Source: Phoronis australis (Eukaryota > Animalia > Phoronida). Taken from it: 64,000 nt of DNA. The position numbers and the translations under genes were made by a program. Below the pieces are notes generated by a model. The model was not told where the DNA came from, did no database searches, and saw only the letters and a list, made by a program, of their open reading frames with translations. Numbering within the stretch: the stretch's first letter is position 1; every line of letters begins with the position of its first letter. Positions 48,707 through 62,596 of the stretch are shown here, piece by piece. The DNA lies in assembly GCA_002633005.1 (NCBI GenBank), contig NMRA01000001.1:4010102-4074101 (forward strand). Direction: 5' to 3'.

Positions 48707-51700
48707 CTGCAAATAAATTTACGGTTGTCAGACAGAAGACAAAATAGCTCGGTTATACTAAATATTGCTGAAGATCAATGCCAAGACTGATGACTGCCTA
48801 AAAGAATATTTGAACAAGAGCAGTGAGAAGTGTTGATGTCCGCCCACATTGTCCGTTGCATATATCCGCATATACAAGGGATGATTACTATGTTAACGCT
48901 AGAAAACTTAAATCGCTTCCAGGGTGCATAGCAAGATGGTAATGCTCTCTTCAATGGGAACATACCTGCCAAGACCGTAAACAAATTAAAACCTGCATTA
49001 GGGGGCACAGCATTAGACAGATGTTGGTTGTCAGTGTCACACTCATAGAAAAACACTTGCCAAATTTCACGATCTTGTTTATTTTAGGAAGTTGATTTTA
49101 GAAAGTTTCTTTAATTGCCTCCTCATATAAGAGGACTTGATGTTCCACTGGGCACCACTACAGTCATGTGTTTAATATGATTAACATATTGTAAGCCACT
49201 GGTTTTTGGTGTTGCGGTAGCCGAGGGTTTTCAAAGGGAATAATGATGTCCACAAGTGGTTTTGTAACACCAACAGGTTCCACATAAAATTGTATCCTCA
49301 CAACCTTTCAAGTTGCATGATTTTTTAAAAAGTATAAGTAAAAATCGATAATGAAATGAATTCTGAGTTTTTTTTAAGCATTTGTTTGCATAGTGTTTCA
49401 CTACCACATTCATCTAGTCAATAACGCTGTGAACACTATCTAAATTAGGGCTCAGAAACCTTAGTGGGTAACAGGCCACACTTGGAAAGTGTAACGATTG
49501 TTGTGCCAAGTGACCACATGTACAAGCCACTTTATGTGTACATGACCTGAAAATACTGTATTTTAGATAGTGAGTTTGTGCAAGATATACCATTCGCCAG
49601 CCTCAAGCCACTCGGCGCGATTACAGGCAGCTTCAAATTAATGCATAATTCAGCAAAAGCTTATTACATTACTTCTACATGGAGCCTGTTTGCATTGAAC
49701 AAGTTTGGTTCTGTGGAAAAGAGTGTTCTAAAAGATTGCGTATTCCACATGGCACAACAAAACCAATCATAGGACCAGTGGTAACAAATTTCTGGGACAA
49801 GCAAGAGCAGTTAAGCGAGAGAAAGCTTGTTCTGATACAGATCACGACGCAATTGACACATGAATCCAAAAAAGAAGCGTTGTTTACAGAACTGGTCACC
49901 CAGAACCATGATGCAATTGAATTCAAAAAGTGAGAAGTTTATTTCCCTGTGACATATGGCCCTCCATGCTCTAAAAATTTGCCAAGCCCTTATATAAACA
50001 AGGTCCCCCATCTAGATCAAGCTGCTTTAATTCACACCACTAGATAGCATCAACTAGACTGCTCTAATTAGACATAATGAAGTTTAGACAAGCAGCAACA
50101 ATGCTAATTAGTAACAGGGGGAGATAACACATCACCTCCAGAACCCTCCACAGACAAATACCTGGGGTGCCATTACCACTGTGATTAGTGGTTTATCAGC
50201 TCACAATATAGGATCCAGACTACAGCAATCAACTGACCAACCAACATATAACATCAAAAAGTCTCATATCTCCATGAAATTAAATATCTGTGTATTGTGC
50301 AGCGTAAAGCTTAAACATTGAAACCTGTTCTTTTTCAAAAGTTACTTTGAGGTCAGTTAAGTGCTCCAGTGTTGGCCACTTCATTCTACTAGCAAGCAGA
50401 ACCTGTTTGTAAAGCACAGGGGGTCTCATGGGAAATGTATTTTATTAGTATTTTGACAACACTTAAAACACTTGAGAAGAAAGAGCTAATTAACATACTG
50501 CAAACTCTTGGGTTAACACCCTGGGCTCTTAAATTAGGAAACCTGAGACACCGATTAACCAAGTAGTGGGTGCTTAAACTAAAATTGGCAAGTTGGTGGG
50601 GGGTGGGTGATTACCGTCATTAAAACCTTTCACAATTCTGTCGTTTTTCAACCAAAATGCATGAGTCATATCTTTAAAAAGTCCTCCATGAGCTTTTGAT
50701 GGTGCACGATTATATCAGAAGCAAAAGATAAATAATTTAATTCTTAAATAATTATCATTTTACATATTTGACAGATTAAAAAATATAACCATGTGTGTTA
50801 CCAAAAATGCGAAAATAACAAAGAGTAATAATAGAACCGTTCATGTACTAATTGGCTGATTAACTAATTATTCAACTAATTAAGTGTAATGTCAATTAAT
50901 TTAGAGTGTAATAGTAACATGAAAAGGAAATGAACCAAAGATGTTAATAAATGACTAGACAAACCAGCATGAAAATAATTTCAAGGATTCAAAGGAATGC
51001 TAACTTATAAAGACAAAAGATTTTAATAGATGGATCTCTCAAAGTTGCTGTGAAGAATTCAGTCAGGAATTCATCAAAAATCGTACATCTTTACATATGA
51101 ATTGGACCTTTGGTGCCGTTTGATAAATTACATCTATCAATAAAAATTCAGGATGCAGTGCACATTTACAAAAAAATCTGATAAAATAATTACTCCAACT
51201 ACCTATCCAAAATTTTCAGATAAGGGTTTTCTCACTGATAGATAAAAATGGGCAAACATCTATTGTGTAGCTTTGAAATACCCCAGTATACTGCAGATAG
51301 CTCATTACAATGGTTGCAGAGTAAGATTTTCCGTAGAAGTAAAAATTAGTGACCCTGATACACATAGTGTGTGTTATACTGAACAAGAAACATTGGAACA
51401 CATTTTTACAAGTGTTACATTACTAAAGAAAGTGAACTCTGGAAAATAACACTATTCATAACAAAGAGACAATAGTCCCATTTACACTACAAAAGTTGAC
51501 ACAGATCAACTGACATGGAACGAGACCGAGACCGCAAGTACGTTAGTAAACAGAACTGACACCATCACTGTGACAACTTTTGTCACACATTTGTGAGGTA
51601 GAGCAAGTTGTGCCTGATCATCTTGGTCCGTCTCAACTATGTGATGTCTAAACGCGAAACTGGGACAAGGCGGAAGGGATCATGTCTATTGTTTTTTAAC

Positions 51701-54700
51701 TTTAACCTGATCACCAGTTATGATGAGCTTGCATGCTCTTAACTGTGCTAAAATACAGCAAATGACAACGCTATTTTAACATAATCTACGCTAAAGTGCA
51801 GTTGTATTCATTGACAACTTGTAAAATTTGTGAAAACAAAAAATTCTGCAAATAAATAGATGACCTTTGCACTAATGACATACCTCGCAGGCTCACATAG
51901 CCCACATCATGCAGTCACGTCACGATACTTGTTGGAAACTCTTCAGTGATTTGAGGCGGATCACTTGCACTGCAGAACTTGTTCTTGAAAACATTTGGCA
52001 ATTTTCAACCTACGGTAATTCATATTCATATTGTCGCTATGTGTTGTATGTTTCAAACTAATTTTGTCAAGCAATCACAGAGATAAGGAATTAGCCTGCA
52101 AGATCCACTTTAAGTCTTCATAAACTTGCTCAAGTGATGTACGGAGCGATAATCAGGATTCAGAAGAAATAACTAGTCTTATTTGAATAAAAAAAATCAG
52201 TAATTTTTTGGTAATAGTTTTGTGAACATATTAACTAACAAAAAGAAAAACAATGTTGTATCATTTTGGGAGGGCAGCTTGCATGTATCAATTTGAGTGC
52301 CAGGTATTTTGACTTTCTGGCGTGGGTAATTAATAGGGTAACTGAAAAAAACAATAATGCAGGGGGGTCATTATTTGATATTGTGTTGGATTCCCATTTC
52401 CTGGTTGCCTTACAGGTTTTGTCTGTTTTTAAATGTGCAACAGAAACCTCATACCCGTTTAACAGGAGAGAACCTCCGACTGTAAAAACAATGACAGGGG
52501 CATGTGTTGTTTTCTGTAGTACCAACAAAACAAAATTACACCTGTCACGTCCATATTACTGTCATGGCTTCTAAAAAGACATGACAAGATATAAATTCTC
52601 AGTGACAACAGAATAACACATTTTCTGTGAACACTTGCTTGTTGTCTTAACCACAACAATGCTAAAAATAACAGCTCAAGTTATATTTTTAGAACAGCGC
52701 ATTTTCAGAGAATGAGACTTGAATTCATAATTGTAACATACAGAGTTGCCGAGTACTTTAATTATGCCAACAAATACACGAGCGAAAAATATCGGATGAG
52801 TTGTGTTGTAAAGTCTGAAACCTGATATCTAATGTGTCAGGGGATAAAGGGATGCATTTGACTGAAAATTAAGATTAACAACTTTTTTAGAGACCCTAGG
52901 CATGAAAAAAGACCTCTTAGTCGATAGTTTAATAAAACGACATACAAAACCCTTCCTTCACCAAAGACTAGCAAAAGAATTCTTTGGAAAAGATTCCAAC
53001 TACAAATATGAACTCTTTCACACCACTGGGATTTTACGAAGAAGACAGCCTTTTATTGGGAATTTCAGACTCCCTGAGCAGCAAAACCCACAAGTACAAC
53101 CTACAACAATACATTGTTGAGCAAAGATAATGCTGTTTATAGTTTGCGGGCACAACTGTGCAGCACTTCAATATCAGGGGTATGTCCAGACGACCAGGTG
53201 CGCCAGATTAACATGACGACCAATTAACAACGGAAAGGTGTGAAGAAGAACTAAAATTGCCTTACCTTTAACCCTCCAGTACTATAAAATCTCTTGCGCA
53301 AAATTAATTGCCAAAATTACAATTTTTCAATCAAGTTTCCTAAAACTGTTTTGAATGCCTGCACTTTGTCAAAGCATTGTGTGACGGTAATTATGGCATA
53401 TAGAATTTCAATATAATTTCATGTATCCACCACATTCTCTCGTAAATTAGTGAGAGTCTTTCATTTTAACAATTAGTAAATTTAGAACATCACAATGGAG
53501 CTCAACCACAGTTTTCAGTTGCGTTTTAACCACAGAAATGGCACGCTGAGGTTGTGCATTTGCTTTGGTGTTGTTCAGAGAAGAATCCCTGGTGTTTCAA
53601 TCCTATTACCATGTTAAAATAGTGAAACTGGTGCCCTTTCAGCTTGTCCCTGAGATCAAGTGCTCATGTGGACAGAAGCTTTACAGCTTAGTTCAGGGAT
53701 AGCTTAAGCTGGGTCGACTGGTCATGTGAACACTGCTGTAGTATAATCATGCTAGAGCAGTGTTCAGCAGAATTTTGCTACTGCTCTTCTCACTAATTGG
53801 AATCTGATGCTAAAGTTAGGAAAACTGCCTCCTCTTATGTTTTCAAAATGCCGAGTGGTACCTGTTGCTAAAACAGAAGACAAACAGTTTGATTTAGCTT
53901 GTATAATATAATTGTATAGAATAAAAATTTATCTTTACTTGTAAAAATGAAAATGATAAGGTTCTAGAGCACTTTTTTATAAAAAATACACAAAGTCATT
54001 TTTTGATATTCCAAAAGTTGTTCAGTTTTGATTATTAAGGTGAAAATTCTTCAGTTTGGGACAGTAAAAAATTTATTATTTTCTCAAGGTCGGAGCTTGT
54101 CCCAAATTCTGGAAATAGACAATGTTGGCCGTCTCAATTTCAAGAATCATCTGAAAGACGGCATAATTACCCACTCTGTAGATTGAAAACACATTGTCCA
54201 AAATTTGGGAAATATGACGGATGCTAAAATAGGTATTGCCCAAATTCTAGAATAAGTTAATGTTTTGCAAGTTTTTGTGTCCCAAATTCTAGAGACTGTC
54301 CTAAATTGGAGAATTTTTACTGTACTAAGAACCCTATCATGATTACAGAAACCGACATGAAACTCTGAGTCTTTTATTAAAAGCAGCGCAAAACCCATCT
54401 CTATGCCTTATCCGGCGTTGATTTCAGAAAATGTCAAGCACATAATGGTAAAAATTGACAATTTGCAACACAAGAGCAACCCACTGTGTGCATCGCATAC
54501 AGTGCAGATACAAGAGAGTATAATTAACATTTCCACTGAACGGAACAATACTCCTAACTTAAAACAATATTCTAGAGGGTGCAAAACAAGTAAGAAATGC
54601 TCTTCTCAATAAGAGAACACCTGCCACCTTTCATCACGATTCTTCAAGAAGTTAGGATGGGTAGAGAGATGACAAAGGAAACAAAAACAATAGAAATGCC

Positions 54701-55883
54701 AATAGGTTGCGCAATGTTGGTCAAATCTATCCAAAACAGGGCGGTAACTTATTTGCCACATTTCATGAATAGGCATCTAGTTATTTTGTAGATATCAAGG
54801 CAAATTCAAGGAAAAACAAATTTGCCACTAAGCAATTCCACAGTAATCAGATTTGTTCAAAGATCCACGGCAGTTGTACCCTCCTAAATAGAACCACATG
54901 CCAAATTTCATGAAGAACTGTCACAGAACTTGTATTGAGCCACAGGCAAAAAGGTAAAATTGCCACAAGACGACACTACCAATTCAAATATTGGCGGGAG
55001 CCACGCACTTCCCAAATGAACAAATGCCGATTACCTCAACTATATTTTCAAAAAACAGACCAGAACCACCTAATTTTTTTGGCTTAACACATGCCCATCT
55101 TAAACTCCCCCCCCCCGAGTTAAATTTACCTCTTCCATTTCTAAATGTATTTCCTAAATTCAGTTTCAACCATATCCTACTGGGCACTGGTGGTGAAGCT
55201 GGAAGTGAGTTGTATGCCAGGAGTTATCATGCATGTAAATAAATGTCTACTGTGGAGACACAAAGCTGGCTGTAAAATTGAGCTCTCCACACTTGTCAAA
55301 TAAATGTCCATTTGTTGTAATTAATTACTGTGCAACTAATAGGGATCATCACAGTGCTGGCCAGTTGTTGTTTGAGGAAGCTGCGCAACAGACTAGAGAG
55401 AAATATATAAGGCTCCAAATATCTGCAAAACAATGAAATTAGAGAAGTGATGTCACAGCTTCTCTGAAACTTAGAGAGCTTGTTTGACAGAACTATTGCT
55501 AATGCATGACCATAAAAGCATGAATCAGCTGTTTATCAGACTCGCTAACCAGTCGATTTGCATAATTTTATCATTGCGTTGATATTCTGAGGCTGCTAAC
55601 TTAACACATCAAAGCGAAATTCATTGGTTGATCATGTCTATCGAAACATTACACTGTGTTTAGATTTATTGTGGGTCAATTTCGATTGGAAAAATGAACA
55701 TCAACGGAACCACAAGGCCAAGCATGTATAAAATTGGCGACTAAACCAATTAGCCAACAGTGGTGTTGTGTCACGTAAAAAAACAATTTGTTTAATCAGC
55801 ATGAAAATAGAACTGTTCAGCAATGATTGGAATTCAATACAGTGAAAAGTTGTACGGGAATACTAGTCATGGTTTTATGATCT

Positions 55884-56881
55884 CAGTGGCGGATCTAGGA
55901 TAGCACAAGGGGGGGGCCAACATTTTGTCCGGCTGAAAGCATTTGCGTAAAGTGAACCACAATTGTAGATGTGCATAGCATCAAACGGGGGGCAAACCCC
56001 CCTCTCGCCCAGGAAATTTTTCTGTTTTTACCTCTAAAAATCAAGCACTTTCCTCGATTCCTGAAGTATTGTCCAAGAAAAAAAAAAACAAGAAAAAAAA
56101 GCAAAAAAAAAAAACGGAGAACGTGTCAAACAGGAAAAACTGCGAGTTCCGAAGATGCGAACTCACGACCTGGCGGTAAGAGCACGCGTGCATTACCACT
56201 ACACCACCACGAACGAACTACTAACCACATATTAAGAGACCTACTCGTTTATGGTCCACAGCGTTTGCGCGCGAAACCTACTTCTTTTTGTAATGCTTAT
56301 TAAACGTTTTATATTTTGTGCCATCAATTCCTAACAAATAGTCTTCAAATGCCCAAAAGACCAAATCCGTCTTTCGTGTTGGCAATAATGACGGGATTGC
56401 TTTAGAAATCGTCCTAAAATAAGGTTTGACAAAGAGAGTATTGCGAGTTTCTGAGTGATTCACTCAGGCTTCGATTAAAATTCACATCTTACCAGCAGCC
56501 TCTGTTTTTTCATCGTCACTCAGGTTCCATCTCTTTAAAAAATGAAGTAAATTTTCTTCGTTGCACAGTGGAGCAGACGACGGAAAAGGAGTCGTAGTGC
56601 GCAGCGCCACTGCTGGTCGCCTGGGATATCGCGGGAGAGCCTATACTTAGCCATAGTTCCATTACGAATGCGCCGTGTTCAGAATTTGACACTTGAAATT
56701 GGATTTGAGCCCCCCCCCCAACACTAAAACTGCACACATTTAAATCTTTTTTCATCCGTATAATTTTAATTACCGGGGTTAATTAATAAACTCAACATTT
56801 CCCTACGCTCTTACTGTTTTATTTTTTCAAGTTTGCGGCAGCCAAGGGGGGGGCCCGGGCCCCCCCCTAAATCCGCCTATG
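55884..56881 (+). mobile_element. Non-autonomous DNA transposon, about 1 kb, 5-bp TSD (family B)
   Basis: GATCT|CAGTGGCGGAT ... ATCCGCCTATG|GATCT; the left end is homologous to the inverted fragment at 43896-44010. Confidence 0.8.
56146..56214 (-). pseudogene. Degenerate tRNA(Val)-like sequence inside the family B transposon
   Basis: GTTCGTGGTGGTGTAGTGGTAATGCACG...AGGTCGTGAGTTCGCATCTTCGGAAC shows recognisable A-box and B-box; the anticodon arm is degenerate. Confidence 0.5.
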
Positions 56882-57984
56882 GATCTCCAACCTAAATCGA
56901 ACAAAGACTAATTCACAGTTAGTAACTAAAACAAAAAATAAATAAAAACAATGGACGGCGGAGGATAGGGGACTGGAGGGTTATAGCCTCCCACTAATTT
57001 CAGTGCTAAGCCGCCCGTGCAAATTTTATGTATCAAAGTGTCATCTGATTTCACAATTGCAAATGAATTTGTTTCCAATCGGGTAAACAAGGTTTGCTAC
57101 TTCAGAGGATCAAAAACCTCAGCAGAGCAAAGTCAAAGCCGAATCTCACGGCAATAACAGCTGGACAAAGTAAGCTTTAGAAACCCCCCTTATTAGTTAG
57201 GAATGGCAAATTTTGGGTCCACAATATCATGTACTCACATCCAACTCGAGACCATTTTAATATCATGTGAGTAATTCCATTATCAAACATCAAGCATTTC
57301 AACTGTTTTGTCACCATTCTGTTCTTTTTCAAACCCTCCTTGATTCAGTTGAGAAATTGAGCATTTCACCTCAGATACTAAAGCATGCCAAACTGAAGAT
57401 TTGATTGAATGAATTCAACAACGTAAGTGAAATTGCGGTGCACATTTACATACACCAAAAAACATAATTATTCAGCAGAGCTGTACAACAACGGTGCATG
57501 GATTAAACAACAATAAGTAATGAGTGGGTAAATGATGTCCATGGCTGGAAAATAATGACAATTTTTGGACACAGAAAAATTTGAGGTTGTGAAGGACCTT
57601 GGTGTGACATATATTGTGCACTCGACACGTATTGTCACCTGGGTGCTAGAAGCTAGCCTTGATAAGAGGTGTCACAGAATGTGTTATTGCATTTTAGCAT
57701 CATTTTGATTTAGTCATCATATTACATAACTTTCACTTGTTTAATTCAATCACTTTGTCAGAGACAGGGATTAGTAATGCTTCCTATTCCTGGAACTGTT
57801 TGTGAACATAGTGCATCCCTTACACGTAGATGTAATTTGATTGGTTGACTTGTAGCCTTTATATGCCTTGCTCAGTTCAAGGCTGTCTGTTTCACGATCT
57901 GCAGGGCAATGCAAAGGGTTGAAATGCACCCCACGGTGCCACCGCAAAAGATATGCTTCTAGGGGCATTTATTAGCATCATAAA

Positions 57985-59300
57985 TATGGCCACTAGGTGA
58001 TACAAAATACTTCAAACCCATCCGTAAGAGAGAAAGTCTGACCGTCTCAATAATACAAATATTTGTCATATTTCGTGAAAATATGTCCAGGAACTCCAAA
58101 CAAATTGCCAATACAGGTCACATCAGGAGTCACAACTATCCAAAAAGAAGTTGCCACCTGTTGCCGTGTTTGTAGGAAACACTTGCCAAATTTCACAAAG
58201 ATAAAGCAAAAGATTTAGAAAATACACCAGGTCATGTAGATGCAAAAAACAAAATTGACAGTAGAGGTGCAACATGAATGTAAGTCTCAATGTTGTCAGT
58301 AAGAAAAGATTTTCCAATTTTCTTTATGATCTTTTGAACACTTTGGTAGCTAGAGAAGCGGAATCGAAAATAATAAAAAAATGCCCACTAGGTGGCACAG
58401 AAGACATGTAATCCGTCTGAAAAATAAAAATGTGTAGTCGTCTTTTTAGTAGAAAGCTATTTTCCCAATTTCATGAAATTCCCTGTCAAGGAACGGAACA
58501 AACAGATAAACATAAAAAACTAAAACTGTCTCTTGGGAGCATACCAGTAGTCAGATCTGCCCAAACGTGGTCATTGCCAAATTTCAAAAACATCTTGCAA
58601 GGGGACGAGAAATATCTGCGAAAGCAAAAAACAAAATTGCCATGGTAGCAGCTAGATCCATTTGAAAATCAACATCATAGTTTGTCTTCTCAGAAGGAAC
58701 ACATTAGCCAATTTTCATTTTGACCCTTGTAGCGATTTGGCAGAGAAAAATTACCGAAAGAACTCACTCATAAATAATAGGTGGTGAAGAATACATAAAA
58801 CCAATCTGATTATAGGAATAAATCGCCATCTGCTTAATAAAAGTATATTCAAAAAATTTCATGAAAATCTAACAAGAAACTGACTGTGTAAAAAACAAAA
58901 TTGCAACCAGAGGTCACAGCGGCTGTCGTATTCATTAAAAATTTGCCATCCTTCATTGTCACATTCACAGGAAAACAGCTAAATTTCACAAAAACCTGCA
59001 AGAGGCTAAGGAGACACAGCCACTGACAAAAAATTCCACTAAGGCGTGCCAAAGTAGTAGGGCTCGACAAAATTTCACAGTGATCCGTCGAGCACTTTGG
59101 AAAAATAAAGGCAGTAACCAAAAAAAAAAAATAAATAAAATAAGCACTAGGTGCTGCAAAATACGTCAAATCCATCTGAAAATGAAACCTGTTTGTCAAA
59201 TTTCATGAAAATCCACCAAAGAACTCCAAACACAAAGAGGCAAACGTAAAAAATATAATTGCCACTAGGAGGCACAGTGGTTTTTGGATCAAAAAAACCC
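57985..59300 (+). repeat. Degenerate tandem/dispersed repeat with a CTCF-like motif and a caaatttcatgaa word
   Basis: Recurrent aaattgCCACTAG.. and (c)caaatttca(t/c) motifs; related patches near 48980-49075, 54690-55000 and 63590-63950. Confidence 0.55.
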
Positions 59301-59970
59301 AGAGCTATCTGCTGTCAGCGTCATAGGGAAACATCTACCAAATCTCAAGATCCTGCATGACATTTATGCCAAATGCAGGACAGAAAGACAGGAATGTGCA
59401 CCCAATATGTAAAATGAGTATAAAAATTGCTATCCATATTTTTGTAATTCTATGTAACATAATTAAAGAGCCGAGGCGTCTAAGGTGTAGACCCAGACTT
59501 TTCCGACCTTTACAGTATTCATAAAGCTTGTAATGAGCTGAAACGCACAAACCACCAACTCCCCACACTTATCGTCACCTCAGACATGAGACAGAGACAA
59601 AGCTGAAGACTATTCCCTACAAGAGTCCCTTCGATGAATGTGTGCCACTTTTTTGGCCAACACAGGGTCTTTTGGTAACTTGAAAAGGGAAATAACTGGG
59701 TTGCAGTGACTGATGTTGCAACCGTTAGAAACACACGACGACGAATCAAAGTTGTCGTCATGCAACATCCACATATGGCAAGAATAATCTAGTTTGAGAC
59801 AGTAAACAACAAAACTATTTTGCTTGCAAAAACTATTAGGGAAAGGCAATATTAGCCATTCCAAATTAGGAAGTGTTTCGTCGACAGCTTTTTTCAACGA
59901 TTTTAGAGAATTCACTGGTAAAAAATGCAGTTTCTAACATTTAAGAAATATGAAGAACATCAAAATCACC

Positions 59971-60513
59971 CATGTCCCAATCTTCAGAGTCAATTAGCAC
60001 CCCAAATTTTAGAGAATGTCCTAAACTGGAGATTTTTTTACCGTACGGTTACCAGCATGGTTTACTTGGCTGCATGCAAAAAATAATTCTATTGCCAGCC
60101 ATGTTTTTGAATGACAGCATTGCAACCTATTTTGATTGGTTGATGCACATAATTTACATATTTGTGACAAAACACAGGACGGCAAGTACACACTGTATAA
60201 AATTATGTATTCCTTTTTCACAAATAACTATAACGTATCTTTATTATCAATTATTGAGGCATAAATATTCATGATGTTTGGGGATGATTTTCATTCAATT
60301 ACATGAAAAATTTCTATTTGCCACTTCAGTTCTTTATGCTTTCGATGATTTTAGCCGATTTGAACATAGATTTCTTTTTAGTGCATGGGTTAATCCACAT
60401 AAAATTATGTCGTCTTATTTCATAGTCTATAGCCAAAGGAAAGTTGTTTCAGATCTTTTATTGTTTCTCAAACAACGAAAATATTTGCTGTCAAAATAAG
60501 ATTTGGGACATTG
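59971..60513. mobile_element. Possible MITE with GTCCCAAAT-type termini (related motifs at 54050-54320)
   Basis: ATGTCCCAATCTT ... AAGATTTGGGACAT inverted ends; repeated cccaaatt/ccaaaatt motifs also occur at 54050-54320. Confidence 0.4.
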
Positions 60514-60815
60514 GTATAAAAAGGGGATACCTGAGACATGATGCCCTGCATGTGAAAAAAATGAACGCAAATAGTTCATACATGTGCAGTTTTAGAAATT
60601 CACATAAATAAATGACAAATTTCATAAAAATAGAAGTCATGTTGTAATAAATTATCTGGGCAACAGTTTAAGGCATGGATTGATATTTTCCTACCACTGA
60701 GGATTTGCAAAATGTACTTTTAAGTTTATGGGTTGCAAATAACTGTTAATAAGTCATTTGATGAAACTTAAAAGCAATTCACGGATGTTGACAATTAAAC
60801 AAAGTCTTGTCTTAC

Positions 60816-60909
60816 CAAGCCACCAACTCGCTTCTCCCTTGTCTTGATGTTGTTTTTACTTGTCTTCATTGTTTTCATCTGATCCACCTTCTTTTGAGCT
60901 TCTAAAAGC
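60816..60909 (-). CDS. Fmn: Formin penultimate coding exon
   Basis: Acceptor ttccgcag|, donor TTG|GTAAG. Encodes (R)LLEAQKKVDQMKTMKTSKNNIKTREKRVGGL; phase 2 in, phase 0 out. Resembles FMN1 RLKMAQESVSKL...TASL. Confidence 0.85.
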
Positions 60910-61379
60910 CTGCGGAAGCAATAAAACGTGACATGAATTCCATCAATTAAACAAGAGATTCCCAAATGAGACACCTGGGTGCACTTTTGGAAAAAACTTG
61001 TATTTCTTAAATGACTTCCTAAAAGGAAACCGGGGCTCTCTTTCAGAAACAAAAACCTCGTTTGACTCAACTGTTTAAGAATTTTGTTTACGACAGGAAA
61101 ATTTTAAAAATGGAACAAAAAATGAGTCTGTCACAACAAAAAATGATAACATAGCACGTTCAATGACTTCTTTCCTTCTTTTTCACATGGGGTCAATTTC
61201 ATTTTCATGCAAAACATCACTCCATTCATGTTTTCTGGGTCCGGAGTGTCACAGCACTAGCCCTAACTACATTCCAGTGATGTAACAAAGAGCAGGGTTC
61301 ACAAAGAACTACTTTCACAGACCTTGCATGACAAGTTAAAATGACAGGATGATTTACAACACCACTGCAAAACTCTGAA

Positions 61380-61862
61380 GGCCCTTTCACACTAATGTTG
61401 AGGCATTGGTGTTTTGGAGAGTTGCGTTCAGTATGAACAGTTAACCTCGGTCCTGAATCGAAGTTAACAATGCAATAAACAGGTGGATTTAACAGCGGAG
61501 CGTCAATGCTGTGGTGTGGTATGAATGGTCAACTCCGCTCTCATTGAAGTTATCGCCAGGGGCCACTGCTATGGCAAACAATTAAAGGACAGTGTCGTCG
61601 CTAACAGTTGTTCATATTTTGCTCAAATAATCACCAATGAAATTAGAAATAAATTTTATGACAATTAACACAAATTGTCACATTAAAAAAATCTTAGCGC
61701 GCACGGGATGCATCAGCGCTACCTTGCGATGACTTCGATGACGACAGCGTCACTGACCATTTACTTCAATGCAATTAACTAATGAAGCTGATATAAACGA
61801 CTCAATTAATTTCACAGTTTACATCGATGCTCTGCTCATACTGGAGTTGGTATGAAAGGGCC
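61380..61862. mobile_element. Possible PIF/Harbinger-like MITE
   Basis: TIR GGCCCTTTCACAC / GTATGAAAGGGCC; no clean 3-bp TSD. Confidence 0.4.
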
Positions 61863-61948
61863 ACTTCGCACTAGTTACCCTTACAAGCCCAAAATGATGA
61901 TAGATGATTGACCTGCCAGTGGTGATACAGGACAGAAGAGCACCCAAA

Positions 61949-62451
61949 GGCTATGTAGGACCCTATAAAAATGTCCAAATATGGCTGACGTTGGAACATC
62001 TCATCTCAGAAATGGCTGATTGGATTCATATGAAATTTTCAGACACTATAAATGTTTTATGCACTGTTCTAAGAATCGTCGTAAGGAGCTGTTTTTAGAG
62101 TATTCCACTTTTGTTTGAAGATTTTCATGAAAAATTTTTGAAGTTGCATGAAATGAAATGATATTTTAGAAAACTGTAACTGCGTTTTTGGTATCTCACC
62201 TTGAACATTTATATCAAATAAAATTTGATTGTGTGATTGATACTATTGTTTTGCTTTCAAAATGTACCTTTCTTTTTTCCTGAGACAGGGTCAAATGACC
62301 AAATTAAAAACAGATTGGTAAAAAATCAAAAATTAAATTTCACAGCCTTTCTACTTCCAGAAAATAATTATATATCTTTACTGAGTTAAAATCGATACTT
62401 TTCGAGATAAATTGCTAAATGCAGACTTGTTGATAAGGGGCATACATAATC
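61949..62451 (+). mobile_element. MITE family C (about 500 bp, TTAA-flanked, Kolobok-like termini)
   Basis: Imperfect TIR GGCTATGTAGGACCCT / AGGGGCATACATAATC|TTAA; colinear with the copies at 11281 and 48071. Confidence 0.7.
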
Positions 62452-62596
62452 TTAAAAATGAACTCAATTCATATTTGGATTTAGTGTAGATTTAGAAACT
62501 GTAGTTGTTTGGAGTTGAAACCAAATGTTATGTTTTGTAAAATGTCCGATGTTTAAACTCTGTCGCATCTCTTGCATTACACAACTTCCCTGTTAC

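Noticed and set aside
51594-51615. TGAGGTAG let-7-like start
   Set aside because: Only the first 8 nt match and I could not see a complementary hairpin arm.
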